The notes below the pieces were generated by a model, which saw only the letters and a program-made list of their open reading frames with translations, was not told the DNA's origin and ran no database searches. A stretch of 64,000 nt of DNA from an uncultured Methanosarcinaceae archaeon (GTDB lineage: Archaea; Halobacteriota; Methanosarcinia; Methanosarcinales; Methanosarcinaceae): NCBI GenBank assembly GCA_963727895.1, contig CAVSHT010000012.1:288001-352000 (forward strand). The letters are read 5' to 3'. A program made the position numbers and the translations under genes. Positions 32,285-44,129 of the stretch are shown one piece after another (position 1 is the first letter of the stretch; each line of letters opens with the position of its first letter).

Positions 32285-34045
32285 TCAGTTAGCTTCCGAA
32301 TCGCCTTCAACAAGATCTTCCAAGCTATGTTCCATGTAAGGAGCATTGCTCCTGTTGATTAATTCCTGACAAACTTCAACCGGCCTTCCATCCATTACAA
32401 GAACACTATTATCAATTAATATAACCCGATGAGCAACTTCTCGGACAAAATCCATATGGTGGCTCACAAGAACAATAGTCGTACCAAAGCGTTCATTGAT
32501 TCTTTTCAATGAATTTGTGACATCCCTAAGGGTTACAGGATCTAGATCTCCAAATGGCTCATCAAGCATGAGGTACTGAGGAGATGTTGAAAGGCTTAAA
32601 GCAATAAAAGCCCTAACATGCTCGCCTCCACTGATCTGATAAGGAGTTTTATCAAGAACTTCCATTGGTAGATCAAGAGCTTCAAAAACTGGTTTTGCAT
32701 AGGTATCGACATCTGTAACCGGGATAGTAGGGAAAAGTTCAGAATAGATAGTATCATTAAGACTCAGATCTCGCAGCGCATTTACTTTCTCTTCCTCTGG
32801 CATGTCAGGAAGGCGATATATAGTGTCAAGAGTTTCGTCCGAGAACCCCATTTCTCTGGCTTTACCCCTTGCATACTCAATTGCCCCTATCTTTTTAATG
32901 CTTAACCTGAACCGAATCTGATCCCTGACTGTGGAGTTCACTGACATCGAGAATTCCTGATTCATAACACTCATGATTCTTCGGAGTTCCATACGCTTTT
33001 TGCTATATTTGGTGATATCTACCCAGTCTCCATCGCAGAGATACTCGACGGTTCCGCTTTTTGGCTTTACAAGCCCTTCCATGAGTTTCATAAGAGTTGT
33101 TTTTCCAGCTCCTGACGATCCAATTAAAGCCAGAATTTCGCCCTTATGAACATCGAGAGAGAAATCTTTTATATTAAGGACTTCCCCCATCCTGATAATG
33201 GAATAACGTTTTGAAATGTCCTTAACTTTGATGCAAACCTCTTCTTTTTTTAGTTCTGCAAGTTCTTCTTTAGGCTTCATATCCTTAAGGAATTTTTTAA
33301 GCACCCATGAAGGCTCTCCATCAGCTTCAATTTTACCATTTTCAAGAAAGATCAACCTGTCTGCAAGATAAGCATGAATTTCCGGAAGGTGAGAAACCAC
33401 TATAATTGGGATATTCAACTTGGCCTTCAGACTCTTAATTACATCAAGAACTTCTTGTTTTGTATCCGGCCCTGTCATTGTAACAGGTTCATCGAGAAGA
33501 AGGAGTTTCGGTTTTGCGGCAAGTTGCCTTGCCATGACAAGTCTCTGCTTTTCTCCCCCACTCAAAAGATTTGTAGAATGAAGTGCCTTATGTTCCAGGC
33601 CCACAAGTTTCAGATATTTCATTGCCTCTTTAAAAAGATCATCGTAATCATTAGTTACACTGTGTGGAAGATATTCATTTTGCGGAAGGGCTTCGTAGCC
33701 TACTTGAAGATAATTTAGTTTTCTTATAACGTTTTCAATAGCTGGTCCGTTCCATAATCCGAAGTTTCGCTGAAGGTGTATTGCGCTTACACTTTTAAGA
33801 AATTTTTCACCTTCGAGACCTGAAGTTGGAGTTATAATTTCTCCATCTACTTCTATAGTTCCCTTCTGAAAGGGTTCCACTCCCCGAATGATGCGCAATA
33901 GTGTAGATTTTCCACTTCCACTTCGACCTGTAATCCCAAGAATTTCTCCATCCTCCACAGTGAGGTCGATATTGTTCAGAACTCTTATTTTTTCGGAATG
34001 GACCTCATAATCTTTAACTAGGTTGGAAACTTTGAGCATAATCAT
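32285..34045 (-). CDS. Dual-cassette ABC ATPase, paralog of MCR component A2
   Basis: Two Walker A motifs; [15 protein letters not shown]; shares DWVDIT-type motifs with atwA at 58067. Confidence 0.82.
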   Translation of the reverse strand: MIMLKVSNLVKDYEVHSEKIRVLNNIDLTVEDGEILGITGRSGSGKSTLLRIIRGVEPFQKGTIEVDGEIITPTSGLEGEKFLKSVSAIHLQRNFGLWNGPAIENVIRKLNYLQVGYEALPQNEYLPHSVTNDYDDLFKEAMKYLKLVGLEHKALHSTNLLSGGEKQRLVMARQLAAKPKLLLLDEPVTMTGPDTKQEVLDVIKSLKAKLNIPIIVVSHLPEIHAYLADRLIFLENGKIEADGEPSWVLKKFLKDMKPKEELAELKKEEVCIKVKDISKRYSIIRMGEVLNIKDFSLDVHKGEILALIGSSGAGKTTLMKLMEGLVKPKSGTVEYLCDGDWVDITKYSKKRMELRRIMSVMNQEFSMSVNSTVRDQIRFRLSIKKIGAIEYARGKAREMGFSDETLDTIYRLPDMPEEEKVNALRDLSLNDTIYSELFPTIPVTDVDTYAKPVFEALDLPMEVLDKTPYQISGGEHVRAFIALSLSTSPQYLMLDEPFGDLDPVTLRDVTNSLKRINERFGTTIVLVSHHMDFVREVAHRVILIDNSVLVMDGRPVEVCQELINRSNAPYMEHSLEDLVEGDSEAN

Positions 34046-34512
34046 CCCTCTTAGCGTGATATCAAGTTAATATTGGACCCGATATACATTCTGCAATTGT
34101 ACCGCTGCGATATGATAATTTATCTTATTTTGCAGAATTTATCGGACCATTTTGTACCAGTACAATTTTATACTAAAATAGGAGTCAAATATTACCTTAT
34201 AACTATTTATTGCAATCGGTTACTGTGACTTGAATTATAACAGTATAAAAAACACATATCAACTTAAAATATTTCATTATATGATACATCCACATATAAA
34301 TGTGTAAAAAAAGTTATTGATTGAGTGAAGTTACTTGTTGCTTTATTTAACTATTTCCAATCTTAAAGAAAAACGGATGAAGTAAGTTTATTTTTTTAGA
34401 CATTAAAAAAAGCTCACACTCGAAAGACAATTTTAAAAAATAAAAAATAATAATGAAATTAAGAAAATTTTTTAATAAAAGCAGGCAGCACGTCCTAGAT
34501 TAATAGTAGGGT

Positions 34513-35256
34513 TCATCTTTTTATGGCTGATACAAGTTCAGCTACCTTTGCAGTAATATCATCTACTTCTTCAACAACAGTACCAGTAACTATCATATCG
34601 GCACCTGCAGAAACACAGATTTTTGCAGCTTTTGCATCTCTGATCCCGCCGCCAACAATGAGTTTGTTATCTCCAAGTACCTTCTTGACAGCCCCTATCA
34701 TCTCAGGACTGACAGGCATATCGGCTCCGGATCCAGCTTCAAGGTAAGTATAATGCATACCAAAGTATTTGCCTGCAAGAGCATATACTATTGCAATCTC
34801 AGGCTTTTTTCTGGGAATTAGTTTTGCGTCCCCTACCCAGCCAACGGTTCCTCCAGGTTCAACAATCAAATATGCCATGGAAATAGCTTCGATCTGGCTT
34901 CGGTATACGAGTGGAGCTCCTAGCACCTGGTTTGTGATCACATATCCTAGATCTCTGGAGTTAAGAAGGCTCATGAAGAATACAGCATCTGCATAGCTAC
35001 TGAGCCCTGCGGAACTTCCTGGGAAAAGAATGGTCGGAACGTTTACAGCTTTTTTTATCTTTATGACGGTTTCATCAAGAAGGGTTCCCGACGCTCCGGT
35101 TGAGCCCCCTATCATGATAGCATCGGTTCCTCCCTTAACTGCTGCAAGAGCGATTTCTGCAGCTCGTTCAGGTGTTTGGGAAGCTGGATCAATAAGAGTA
35201 AGATGAACTTTTCCTTGCAGATCAATAATTTTCTGAAGGTGTGCTTCCACCTGCAA
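34513..35256 (-). CDS. Geranylgeranylglyceryl phosphate synthase
   Basis: HLTLIDP, IMIGGS, FMSLLNS, YLEAGSGA, VGGGIR. Confidence 0.93.
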   Translation of the reverse strand: MQVEAHLQKIIDLQGKVHLTLIDPASQTPERAAEIALAAVKGGTDAIMIGGSTGASGTLLDETVIKIKKAVNVPTILFPGSSAGLSSYADAVFFMSLLNSRDLGYVITNQVLGAPLVYRSQIEAISMAYLIVEPGGTVGWVGDAKLIPRKKPEIAIVYALAGKYFGMHYTYLEAGSGADMPVSPEMIGAVKKVLGDNKLIVGGGIRDAKAAKICVSAGADMIVTGTVVEEVDDITAKVAELVSAIKR

Positions 35257-35262
35257 AAAAGA

Positions 35263-35412
35263 TCATGCTCCCTTGGATTCCTTAGATTTCACTCGAAGAG
35301 CACTGTAGCCACATTTTCTACAGCGAGTTGCCCTGACAGCATTCCTAGCGTTACATCTCATACAAATTTTTTTATTTAACAATCTTTCTTCTGCTTCTGG
35401 AAAACGACCCAT
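35263..35412 (-). CDS. rpl40e: 50S ribosomal protein L40e (not in the ORF track)
   Basis: [58 protein letters not shown]. Confidence 0.95.
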   Translation of the reverse strand: MGRFPEAEERLLNKKICMRCNARNAVRATRCRKCGYSALRVKSKESKGA

Positions 35413-35754
35413 TTTTGTCACCTGCTATTAGTTTTTAATCTTGATAAAGTATATAGCCCGCTTAATAGCTGTTAAGGAATATAACGTTTTTCATTAAAAA
35501 AAGTCATTCATTCTGCCAACTCAAAGTTTATTTATTGGTTAGGTTGTTTATTCCCTGTCCTATTGACTAGATAGTACTGAAGCTGAAATTCAATTGAAAT
35601 TGGATTGTGCTGAAGTCAAATTGAAACTATATAGAGCTGAAAAATCATTTAAAGCTAAAGTCGTTATTTTAAAGCTACAATCATTGGGTTTTCAGTATAG
35701 TTCCACGATTAATTAAACTCTTTAAGATTAATTTACTTTCTAATCTTACAAACG

Positions 35755-37110
35755 GTGATTTATGTGTTAATTCATCCTATAGACTATCGGTATGGTACAG
35801 CAGAAATGAAACACGTATGGAGCCAGGAAAACAGGCTTGCAAAGATATTACAGACAGAGGCAGCCCTTGCCCGAGCTGAAGCAGACATGGGATTAATTCC
35901 GGCAGAAGCTGCTGAGATTATATCTCAAAGTATCTCTTGTGTAAAAGCCCAAAGAGTTGACGAAATTGAAGCTGAAATCCACCATGATATGATGGCTGTG
36001 GTAGTTGCTATTTCTGAACAATGTAAAGATGATGCTGGAAAATGGGTACATTTTGGAGCCACCTCAAATGATATTCTTGACACAACAACAGCTCTTCAGA
36101 TTAAGGATTCAATCGAGATTCTGGAAGATAAACTCAAAACTCTTCTTAAAGTTCTGGTCAACCAAGCTGAAGCAAACAAGCAACTAGTCTGTTGCGGAAG
36201 AACTCATGGACAGATTGGCGTTCCAACAACATATGGCCTGCGTTTTGCTATATGGGCATCGGAAATTTCAAGGCATCTAGACCGTCTCCACCAGCTTACT
36301 CCTAGAGCAACAGTGGGACAGATGACTGGAGCAGTTGGTACCCAGGCTGCATTTGGGAAATCCGGAATTCTTATCCAGAAACTTACTATGCAACACCTTG
36401 GAATCGGGTCTGTGGACGTTTCCAATCAGATAATTCAAAGGGATAGACACGCAGAATTTGTAATGTGGATGGCAAATACGGTCACAACTCTGGATAAGAT
36501 AGGTATAGAAATCAGGACTCTACAGCGCAGTGAAATTGCCGAGATTGAAGAACGTTTTGGAAAGAAGCAAGTAGGCTCATCTACAATGCCTCATAAGCGA
36601 AATCCAATAAAATCTGAGCAGATCTGCGGGCTTGCAAGGATTGTAAGAGCTATGGTTGAACCTGAACTTCTCAACAATACTTTATGGGATGAAAGAGATT
36701 TGACCAACTCTTCTACTGAACGGATAGTCTTCCCTGAAGCATGCGTGCTTACAGATCACATCCTGAAGCTCGGAATAAATGTGATTGAAAATCTGAGGTT
36801 CTATCCAGAGAACATTAGGAAGAATTTAGAATTACTTAGGGGCCTTAATATGGGTGAAGCTGTAATGATCGAACTTGCAAAGAGAGGAGTAGGCAGACAG
36901 GAAGCCCATGAGCTTGTGCGGACTGCAGCAATGAAAGCCCATGATACAGGACAGCATTTCAAGAATGTTCTTCTGGAAAATCCTGATGTTGCAAAATATC
37001 TAACTGTTATGGACATAGAAAGTCTCGTAAACCCTGATAGATATATAGGAACTGCAGTAGAACAAGTTGAAGTACTTGTAACAAAGCTTCATGAAGCTTA
37101 TTCTCTTTAA
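35755..37110 (+). CDS. purB: Adenylosuccinate lyase
   Basis: HFGATSND, GRTHGQ, GSSTMPHKRNP; true start may be about 9 nt downstream. Confidence 0.96.
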   Translation: MIYVLIHPIDYRYGTAEMKHVWSQENRLAKILQTEAALARAEADMGLIPAEAAEIISQSISCVKAQRVDEIEAEIHHDMMAVVVAISEQCKDDAGKWVHFGATSNDILDTTTALQIKDSIEILEDKLKTLLKVLVNQAEANKQLVCCGRTHGQIGVPTTYGLRFAIWASEISRHLDRLHQLTPRATVGQMTGAVGTQAAFGKSGILIQKLTMQHLGIGSVDVSNQIIQRDRHAEFVMWMANTVTTLDKIGIEIRTLQRSEIAEIEERFGKKQVGSSTMPHKRNPIKSEQICGLARIVRAMVEPELLNNTLWDERDLTNSSTERIVFPEACVLTDHILKLGINVIENLRFYPENIRKNLELLRGLNMGEAVMIELAKRGVGRQEAHELVRTAAMKAHDTGQHFKNVLLENPDVAKYLTVMDIESLVNPDRYIGTAVEQVEVLVTKLHEAYSL

Positions 37111-37820
37111 TTTTTCTTTTTTAAAATACAAAAGAAGTGACCCGAGACCGATACTATAAAACAATTTTGCAAAAATAGGGAAGTATAAAATAGCTTATCT
37201 ACATATTTATACAATTAAATATAAATATTTATATCTAATGAAACACATTTTCTTAAAAAGACTTTATCAAACATTTTGTTCCATATGGGTGATGAGGCAT
37301 CTAAAATTAGGTTTGTGTATATGTATGATAAAGTTATAGAAGTAAACAATCGATGGTGTGAAAATGGATTAGATGCCCTCGTAATTTCCTACGATAAGGT
37401 TAGTTATAAAAGTTATGTTTATTTAAAAAATATAATGTTACAAAGAATTATTTTTTAGTAGTGTAATTCATTAATATTTAATAATCGTGTATTAACCTAG
37501 ATTATCAGGTTTTGAAGATTAATGTGTCCTAGTAATATCCCCTATGGTTTTCCGGTTTATTTCAGGTATTAGAGAAATTCATAGGCTTTAAATAAGTAAG
37601 ATCTCTGAAGTTTTAATAATGGAATAATAGGGAATTCTATTAAGTCCATACCCAATGTATCACTCTTAATAAGAAACATTATTTCAGTACTTATACCTTG
37701 GATTTGATCTACCTTCCTCAAGAATTTTATGGGTTCTGAAGCTATTTTCTATGAAGATGTACTGGGCATTTGAATCAAGTTACCAAAAACACATATCGGG
37801 GGGATTATAACTGGCATATC

Positions 37821-37829
37821 TTTATATAT
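37821..37829 (+). promoter_or_regulatory. TATA box of the SRP RNA gene
   Basis: TTTATATAT about 25 nt upstream of the RNA start. Confidence 0.6.
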
Positions 37830-37850
37830 TACAAGTGACTTTGTATAGCT

Positions 37851-38164
37851 GATGAGCTAGTCTGGGTAGCCCGGCGTTACCTGTAACCCGAAATCGCCGA
37901 TATGCGGGGGACGAAGCCAAAGGAAGATGTTTCAAAGAGACTCCAGCCTGGGATCTCAACTGAGAAACCCCGTCCTGCTTGGATGATGCAGATATGCGGG
38001 TCTGCTGGAAAACAGATCTTCATATCCTAACTGCAGAAACCGGTCGAGGCCCGGAAGGGAGCAGACTCACTGTGGGCAACCGTCGCTTGCGGGGCTGCGG
38101 GGTGGAGAAGAGGGTTCAGTCTCCTGGTATCCCCTAGATTCACCAACCCACGGCATGCTCATCA
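37851..38164 (+). ncRNA. ffs: Archaeal signal recognition particle (7S) RNA
   Basis: GC-rich island; GATGAGC...GCTCATC closing helix; TGTAACCCGAAA Alu motif; helix 8 GAGGCCCGGAAGGGAGCAG. Confidence 0.92.
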
Positions 38165-38299
38165 CTTAATATACAAAAGATAACTAGTTTTAGAGTTGAA
38201 TAATTACATTTCTGGTAAATAGTCCATTAAGACTTTTCGCTGGAAAAGATTAAATACATGAGATGCATTTAAGGGGACGCGCTTTTTAAAGTCCTTTGT

Positions 38300-38384
38300 G
38301 ACGAGATAGCCAAGCCCGGTATGGCGCGGGATTGCTAATCCCGTGATGTTCTGCATCCCGGGGGTTCGAGTCCCCCTCTCGTCG
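38300..38384 (+). tRNA. tRNA-Ser (GCT)
   Basis: Acceptor stem GACGAGA/TCTCGTC, anticodon arm CGGGA-TTGCTAA-TCCCG, long variable arm, GGTTCGAGTCC. Confidence 0.95.
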
Positions 38385-38803
38385 TTTATTTTTTATTTTT
38401 ATCATTTAAGTTGTTTTTCTCACACATTTTTAGTTGTAATCTGTCTGGAACAGATACAAAAAAGTTAGTCTAACTACTTTCTTACCGTTTTTGAGATCAA
38501 TATTTTTGATTGTTTCCATAAAGACTTAACAAATATTTTAGAATTTACTGATTACAATGACACATCGTGTAGTAAAGAAACTTAGATAAAATAAAACGGA
38601 AGCAATTACTCAGATGTATACTCATATGTAAATATATTACGAAATATCAGCTTTGGCTCTAGGCTAGAGCCTTATTACAACAAATTGAAACTGTTAAATT
38701 TTAATATAGAACCGTGAGATTCAGAAATTTAACTTACACAATATTGTTACCAACATCAATAACTATTAATATTTCTGTATTATTTAAAAATAAATTTATA
38801 TTG

Positions 38804-40796
38804 ATGGAAACACAGATTTTAACCGATCTCCTGATTATATTTGGTCTTTCTATTCCTGTAGTTTTCACTTTTCAAAAATAAAAATAGCTCCACTCATTGG
38901 CTTTCTACTTGCAGGTATCCTTGCAGGACCTTTTGGTTTTGGATTGATTCAAGATCTGGAAAGCATCGAACTTTTAGCAGAAATAGGAGTCGTTCTCCTG
39001 CTTTTTACAATAGGAATGGAATTTTCGCTGCGCGACCTCTTACAACTTCGTAGGATCGTAATTTTTGGGGGAGGATTGCAGCTTTTATAACTACAATTCT
39101 TGTTGCTCTTATATTTCTCTGGCTTGGAAATTCCAGAGAATCCTCAATTTTTCTTGGTCTTTTAGTGGCATTAAGCAGCACTGCAATTGTTCTTAAACTC
39201 TTACAGGAAAAAGGAGAAATCTATAGCCTTCACGGAAGAACTTCTTTAGGAATACTGATTTTCCAGGATATTGCTGCAGTGATAATTATTCTCTTAATTC
39301 CGGTCCTCGCAGGCATTCCCGGAACTGAAAAGTCCTTTTTCGAGCTTATCTTACAGGGCATAGGGCTCATTGTGTTAACTCTTCTAAGTGCAAGATATGT
39401 CGTTCCTTTCATCATGTATCAGGTAGCAAAAACACGTAATAACGAACTTTTTCTTCTGAGTGTTGTAGCAATAGGACTTTTTGTTGCCTGGCTGACTTCT
39501 GTGGTTGGTCTATCTCTGGCACTAGGAGCTTTTCTTGCTGGTCTGATCATCTCGGAGTCTTAATATTCGGTTCAGGCTCTTGGAAATATAATTCCATTCA
39601 GAGACATGTTTATGAGCATTTTCTTCATTTCAATAGGAATGCTACTCGATCTCGATGTATTAAGAGAACACCTCCTCCCTATTTTAGTTGCTACCCTAGC
39701 TGTGTTGCTACTGAAGTTTCTGGCAAATGGTTTGAGTACCTTTTTCATAGGTTTTCCTTTGCACACTATGATTCTGGTTGGATTTTTCTCTTTCCCAAGT
39801 TGGAGAATTTTCCTTTATTCTTGCAAAAGCAGGTTTTACAAGTGGGTTGATCTCTCCTATCATATACCAGAAATTTTTGGATGTAGCTGTAATTTATATG
39901 ATACTTACCCCTTTTTTTATGAACATAGGATATAGAACCACTACTTTTGCTGAACTGTTACCTCTCCCTCCATTATTAAAGAGAGGCTGGTACAGTAAAT
40001 TTGAAGAAAACGAATCTGAAGAGAAAACTGAAAACCATATAATTATAGTTGGATTTGGGATAAATGGAAAAAATGTCGTAACTGCTGCAAAGGCAGCTTC
40101 AATTCCCTACATAGTAATTGACATGAATCCTGAAGTTGTACGGATAGAAAAACAGAACGAAAAATATATTTTTTATGGTGACGCTGCTCAGAATGCTGTA
40201 CTAGAACATGCAGGTATCCAAACTGCAAAAGCTGTTGTTGTGACTGCAGGTGGATCCTGCCAAGCGCCAAAAGAATAATTGAAGCTGCTCGAAGGTTGAA
40301 CCCTCAAATTCATATCATTGCCAGAACACATTTCCTTAGTGAACTGGATAAATTTTATGATTTCGGGGCAGATGAGGTCATTTCTGATGAGTTTGAAAGT
40401 TCAATAGAGCTTTTCACAAGGGTACTTCATAGATATTTAGTTCCCAGCAGTGAAATTACTTCCCTGACTTCAACATTGCGTGCCGACCATTATAAAATGC
40501 TGCGAAGTCCTGAAATTCCCAGGAAAAAAATATGTGATTTGGCTCTTGATTTTGCAGAGGTAGAAATTAGGAGTATAAGGGTTGGAAGACGTTCTAAAGC
40601 TGCAGGAATGACCCTTGGAGAACTAAATCTTCGGAAAAATTATGGAGTATCTGCGCTTGCAATCTCACGTAATCATAAAATTATTCCCGGACCAGAAGCT
40701 AAAACTAAAATCATCTCAGATGACATTTTACTTGTGATAAGCTCACCAGAAAATATCGAGAAAGTTAAAAAGATTTTTGAGGATAATACAGAATAA
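38804..40796 (+). pseudogene. Kef-type K+/H+ antiporter (CPA2-TrkA_N-TrkA_C), disrupted
   Basis: ALSSTAIVLKLL, IFQDIA, LSQVGEFSF, IVGFGING; frameshifts near 38870, 39085, 39785 and 40260, plus in-frame TAA at 39561. Confidence 0.85.
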
Positions 40797-41473
40797 TGCA
40801 CAATAATCACTAGTATAACAGATTGATTACAAAATAAAGAATTTAAAAGATAGATTTAGTTGAAAAAAACGTATTTAGTTGAAAATCAAAAGTTTAAATT
40901 ATTTCATATTAAGTACTACAACAAGAAACCAAGAAAAGTATAATGAGACAAATACAAAACAAAAGTTCAAGTGATCTTAGAAAATCATCTTGCATAAGTT
41001 AATGTAGGGAAAAACATGTATAAATTGTTTACTTTGTTGGGATATAATAGAACGTTCCAAAAAGGAGAAACCCCTTCAAGATTTTAACTTGAATCGACTC
41101 TGTAAAAATTTTAAATTGGCAATTGTACCTGACAGAGTATTATTTCAAATTTAGATATGTGTAGTAAATAAACAGTATAGGTTAAGCAAAAATAAGGTTG
41201 CCTGTTTACTCATAGATCTCCCCTTTTTAACCGATTTTTCCGGTCTAATCTGTCTTGAAATCTTGCTTTTTCTCTCCCTGCTTCAGCCTAAGTTAACGTA
41301 GGTTCAGCTATATTTCAACAACTATAAATAAAGTAAAGAATAAAATACAAAATGTAAAGTTTAGATTACATATTGTGTTTAAAGACATACAATTTGTATA
41401 AATATATATACATAAAAATGCTGAGAGAATTTGGTTTTTCATTGAAAAATCCTTATTTAAGGAAGTTCTGCAA

Positions 41474-41875
41474 ATGAAACGAAAGCTATTTAAAATAATC
41501 AACTTTTTTACTGCAAGGGTTATGGCAGCTGTCATTGGTTTTTTAAAATCAATAGGAAATCCTGCAATTGCCTTAGCTTCCTTCATTGGGGGCATAGCTG
41601 TCATATACCTATCTAAACGCAGACTTGAAGATATTGTGGAAGATGAGAGAATTCGTCAGGTAAATCAAAAAGCTTCCGGGATTACTCTCCAGTTTATAAT
41701 CATCAGTTTTGCCGTCGGCGGTACCGTCCTTGTAGCAATGAAGGATACTTATCCAAAATATACAGATCTTGGTTTTTTCATGTCATACGCAGCTTGTACG
41801 AGTCTTGTACTTTATTCCATATTTTATATGTATTTTAATATGAAATTTGGAGGCGGAGTTAACGATTGGAGTTAA
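41474..41875 (+). CDS. DUF2178-type membrane protein
   Basis: VEDER...QKAS motif between TM helices. Confidence 0.75.
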   Translation: MKRKLFKIINFFTARVMAAVIGFLKSIGNPAIALASFIGGIAVIYLSKRRLEDIVEDERIRQVNQKASGITLQFIIISFAVGGTVLVAMKDTYPKYTDLGFFMSYAACTSLVLYSIFYMYFNMKFGGGVNDWS

Positions 41876-41948
41876 TATATTTTCAGGTTACTGAAGTATC
41901 TTGTCATAAATCCAATTTATACCTACTTATAAAAATATGGAGCTTGCG

Positions 41949-42152
41949 ATGAAGAACAACATTAAAGTTTATAGGGCTATTCATGATCTTACTCAGGAAA
42001 CTCTGGCTGAAAAAATAGGGGTAACAAGGCAAACCATACATGCAATTGAAAAAGGTAAATACGATCCTTCGCTTGAACTTGCATTCAAGCTTGCAAAATT
42101 TTTTGAAGCCCACATTGAAGATATTTTCCTCTATGAAGATAATAAAAGTTAG
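41949..42152 (+). CDS. XRE/Cro-type HTH transcriptional regulator
   Basis: LTQETLAEKIGVTRQTIHAIEKGKYDPSLELAFKLA. Confidence 0.92.
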   Translation: MKNNIKVYRAIHDLTQETLAEKIGVTRQTIHAIEKGKYDPSLELAFKLAKFFEAHIEDIFLYEDNKS

Positions 42153-42609
42153 TAATTCTGAAAAAAAAGGTTGAGTCGCTTACTTCTGAGATACTGATTT
42201 TTAAATTTGAGCAAATCCCATAATAGATATGCTAGACATAATAGAATTTACTCTTTTTTCATCAAAAACTGAATCTATAAGAATTTTCCAGATAAACTTA
42301 GCTTTCCCGAGACTTCTGAGCAAGTAAACCCGAAAAAAAGGATTCATATAACTATTTTTATATTATAAAGAAACAGAGAACTGAGAACAACACAGACTCT
42401 AAATGAGTAACCTAATTTTTCCTAACAAAAATCAACATCGTCACACTCAAAAAAGCAATTTTAGTTTATAAATATATTTATATGGAATGCAAAGTAAATT
42501 ACAATAAAAAGGAATCTGCGGATGTGATGTACAGACCACAAGCTGATGCCATCAGAAAAACTAACAAGTAAATAAGCAAGTTGCAAAAAATACAAAGGAG
42601 AAGAAATCT

Positions 42610-42789
42610 ATGATACAATCATTTATAGTTGAACACTATCTCAACGAAAACGTAGATGTTTACTGTGGTGGACCTGACATTTTCAAGGGAAAAGTAGAAG
42701 CCTGTGCCGACAATGTTCTGACACTCAACAATGAAGGGAAATATACCCATATAGCCATTGACAAAATAATAGCCCTTTGGGGACAATAA
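42610..42789 (+). CDS. Small Sm/LSm-like protein (MM0924-like), copy 1 (not in the ORF track)
   Basis: MIQSFIVEHYLNENVDVYCGGPDIFKGKVEACADNVLTLNNEGKYTHIAIDKIIALWGQ; AGGAG RBS. Confidence 0.82.
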   Translation: MIQSFIVEHYLNENVDVYCGGPDIFKGKVEACADNVLTLNNEGKYTHIAIDKIIALWGQ

Positions 42790-42824
42790 GCTCGAAATTT
42801 TAATTTCAACATGAGGTGAAAGTT

Positions 42825-43001
42825 ATGCAATCTTTTATAGTAGAACACCTTCTAGGCGAAGTAGTAGATGTTTACTGTGGAGGTCCTGATGTTTTTAATG
42901 GAAAGGTCACAGCCTGCGCAGACAACGTGTTAACTCTCGACCAAAATGGAAAGCATACTCACATAGCAATCGATAAAATAATAGCTATTTGGCGCACTTA
43001 A
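42825..43001 (+). CDS. Small Sm/LSm-like protein (MM0924-like), copy 2
   Basis: Tandem paralog of the preceding gene; GAGGTGA RBS. Confidence 0.82.
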   Translation: MQSFIVEHLLGEVVDVYCGGPDVFNGKVTACADNVLTLDQNGKHTHIAIDKIIAIWRT

Positions 43002-43171
43002 ACGCTAACAGTTATAGAATAAAAGAACATTGAATCCTTAAGTCAAGAACTCTGGAAAAGTTTCGAAGCTTTAGTACTTCGCTTTTTCCAGTAGATTTTA
43101 AGTTAAAAATGTGAAATCGTCCTAGAAGTCGTGAATTTAAATCTATTAATTATTTTCTTGTTTTTCGTATT

Positions 43172-44047
43172 TTATGCTTTTTTGCAGCTTTTTGCATGTG
43201 ATGCAATAAATTCCCTCATCAATTTTGCTCCAAGCATAGCTGTTTGCCCGAAATCGTATTCAGGAGCAATTTCTACAACATCAAAAGCCATTGAGAAAGG
43301 AGCAAGCGTCCTTATTGCAGTTCTTACATCCCTCGCACTCAAGCCGAAAGGTTCAGGCGTACCAAGACCAGGGGCATAAGCAGGGTCTATAGCATCCATA
43401 TCAAGAGAAAGGTATATCTGGCTGCAGTCTAGCCACTCAAGAGAGTCTTTGATGATTTCTACAATACCAGTAGATTCCACATCATCGGTTGTATAATATT
43501 TTAGATTATTTTCCTTAGCAAAAACCCATTCTTCTTCCGGGCCGCTTCTGATACCTATAGAAACCAGATTATCAGTAACCTCATTAAGGATGTTTCGGGA
43601 TACACAAGCATGGTTATGCTTAAAACCCCTATATTCTTCCCTTAAATCGAAATGAGCATCCAGAACAAGGACCCCAAAATCATCTCCTGCGAGTTCGGCA
43701 CAGGCTTTCACCATCGCAAAAGTAAGAGAGTGTTCTCCTCCAAGCATAATAGGAAGTTTTCCATCGTTAAAAAGATCCTTTACAGCTTCGTAGAGGTTCT
43801 CCAGAGTCTCATCAACTGAAGCTGAGGTTTCCAGGTTTCCAGCATCATATATTGGAAGATCGACAAGATCTATGTCGAAAGTAGGGTTGTAACTCTCAAA
43901 ATTAGCAGACGCCCTTCTCATGGCATCTGGAGCCCAACGGCTGCCTGCCCTATAAGAAGAGGTATTATCAAAAGGAACGCCAAAGATAACATAACGTGAA
44001 GATTCATAGTCTGCAAGAGCATCTATAAAAGAATTAGGTAAAAACAT
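43172..44047 (-). CDS. speB: Agmatinase
   Basis: GGEHS, DAHFD, SLDMDAIDPAYAPGLGTPEP. Confidence 0.93.
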   Translation of the reverse strand: MFLPNSFIDALADYESSRYVIFGVPFDNTSSYRAGSRWAPDAMRRASANFESYNPTFDIDLVDLPIYDAGNLETSASVDETLENLYEAVKDLFNDGKLPIMLGGEHSLTFAMVKACAELAGDDFGVLVLDAHFDLREEYRGFKHNHACVSRNILNEVTDNLVSIGIRSGPEEEWVFAKENNLKYYTTDDVESTGIVEIIKDSLEWLDCSQIYLSLDMDAIDPAYAPGLGTPEPFGLSARDVRTAIRTLAPFSMAFDVVEIAPEYDFGQTAMLGAKLMREFIASHAKSCKKA

Positions 44048-44129
44048 ACTTTAACCTGATATGAAATTATTTGCTTAAAAAAGAATGACTCAGGCTATTA
44101 ACCTGAGTTTGCACATGACTTTAGAAAAT

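Noticed and set aside
38300..40796. Integrative element at tRNA-Ser
   Set aside because: No integrase and no duplicated tRNA 3' end seen in the window
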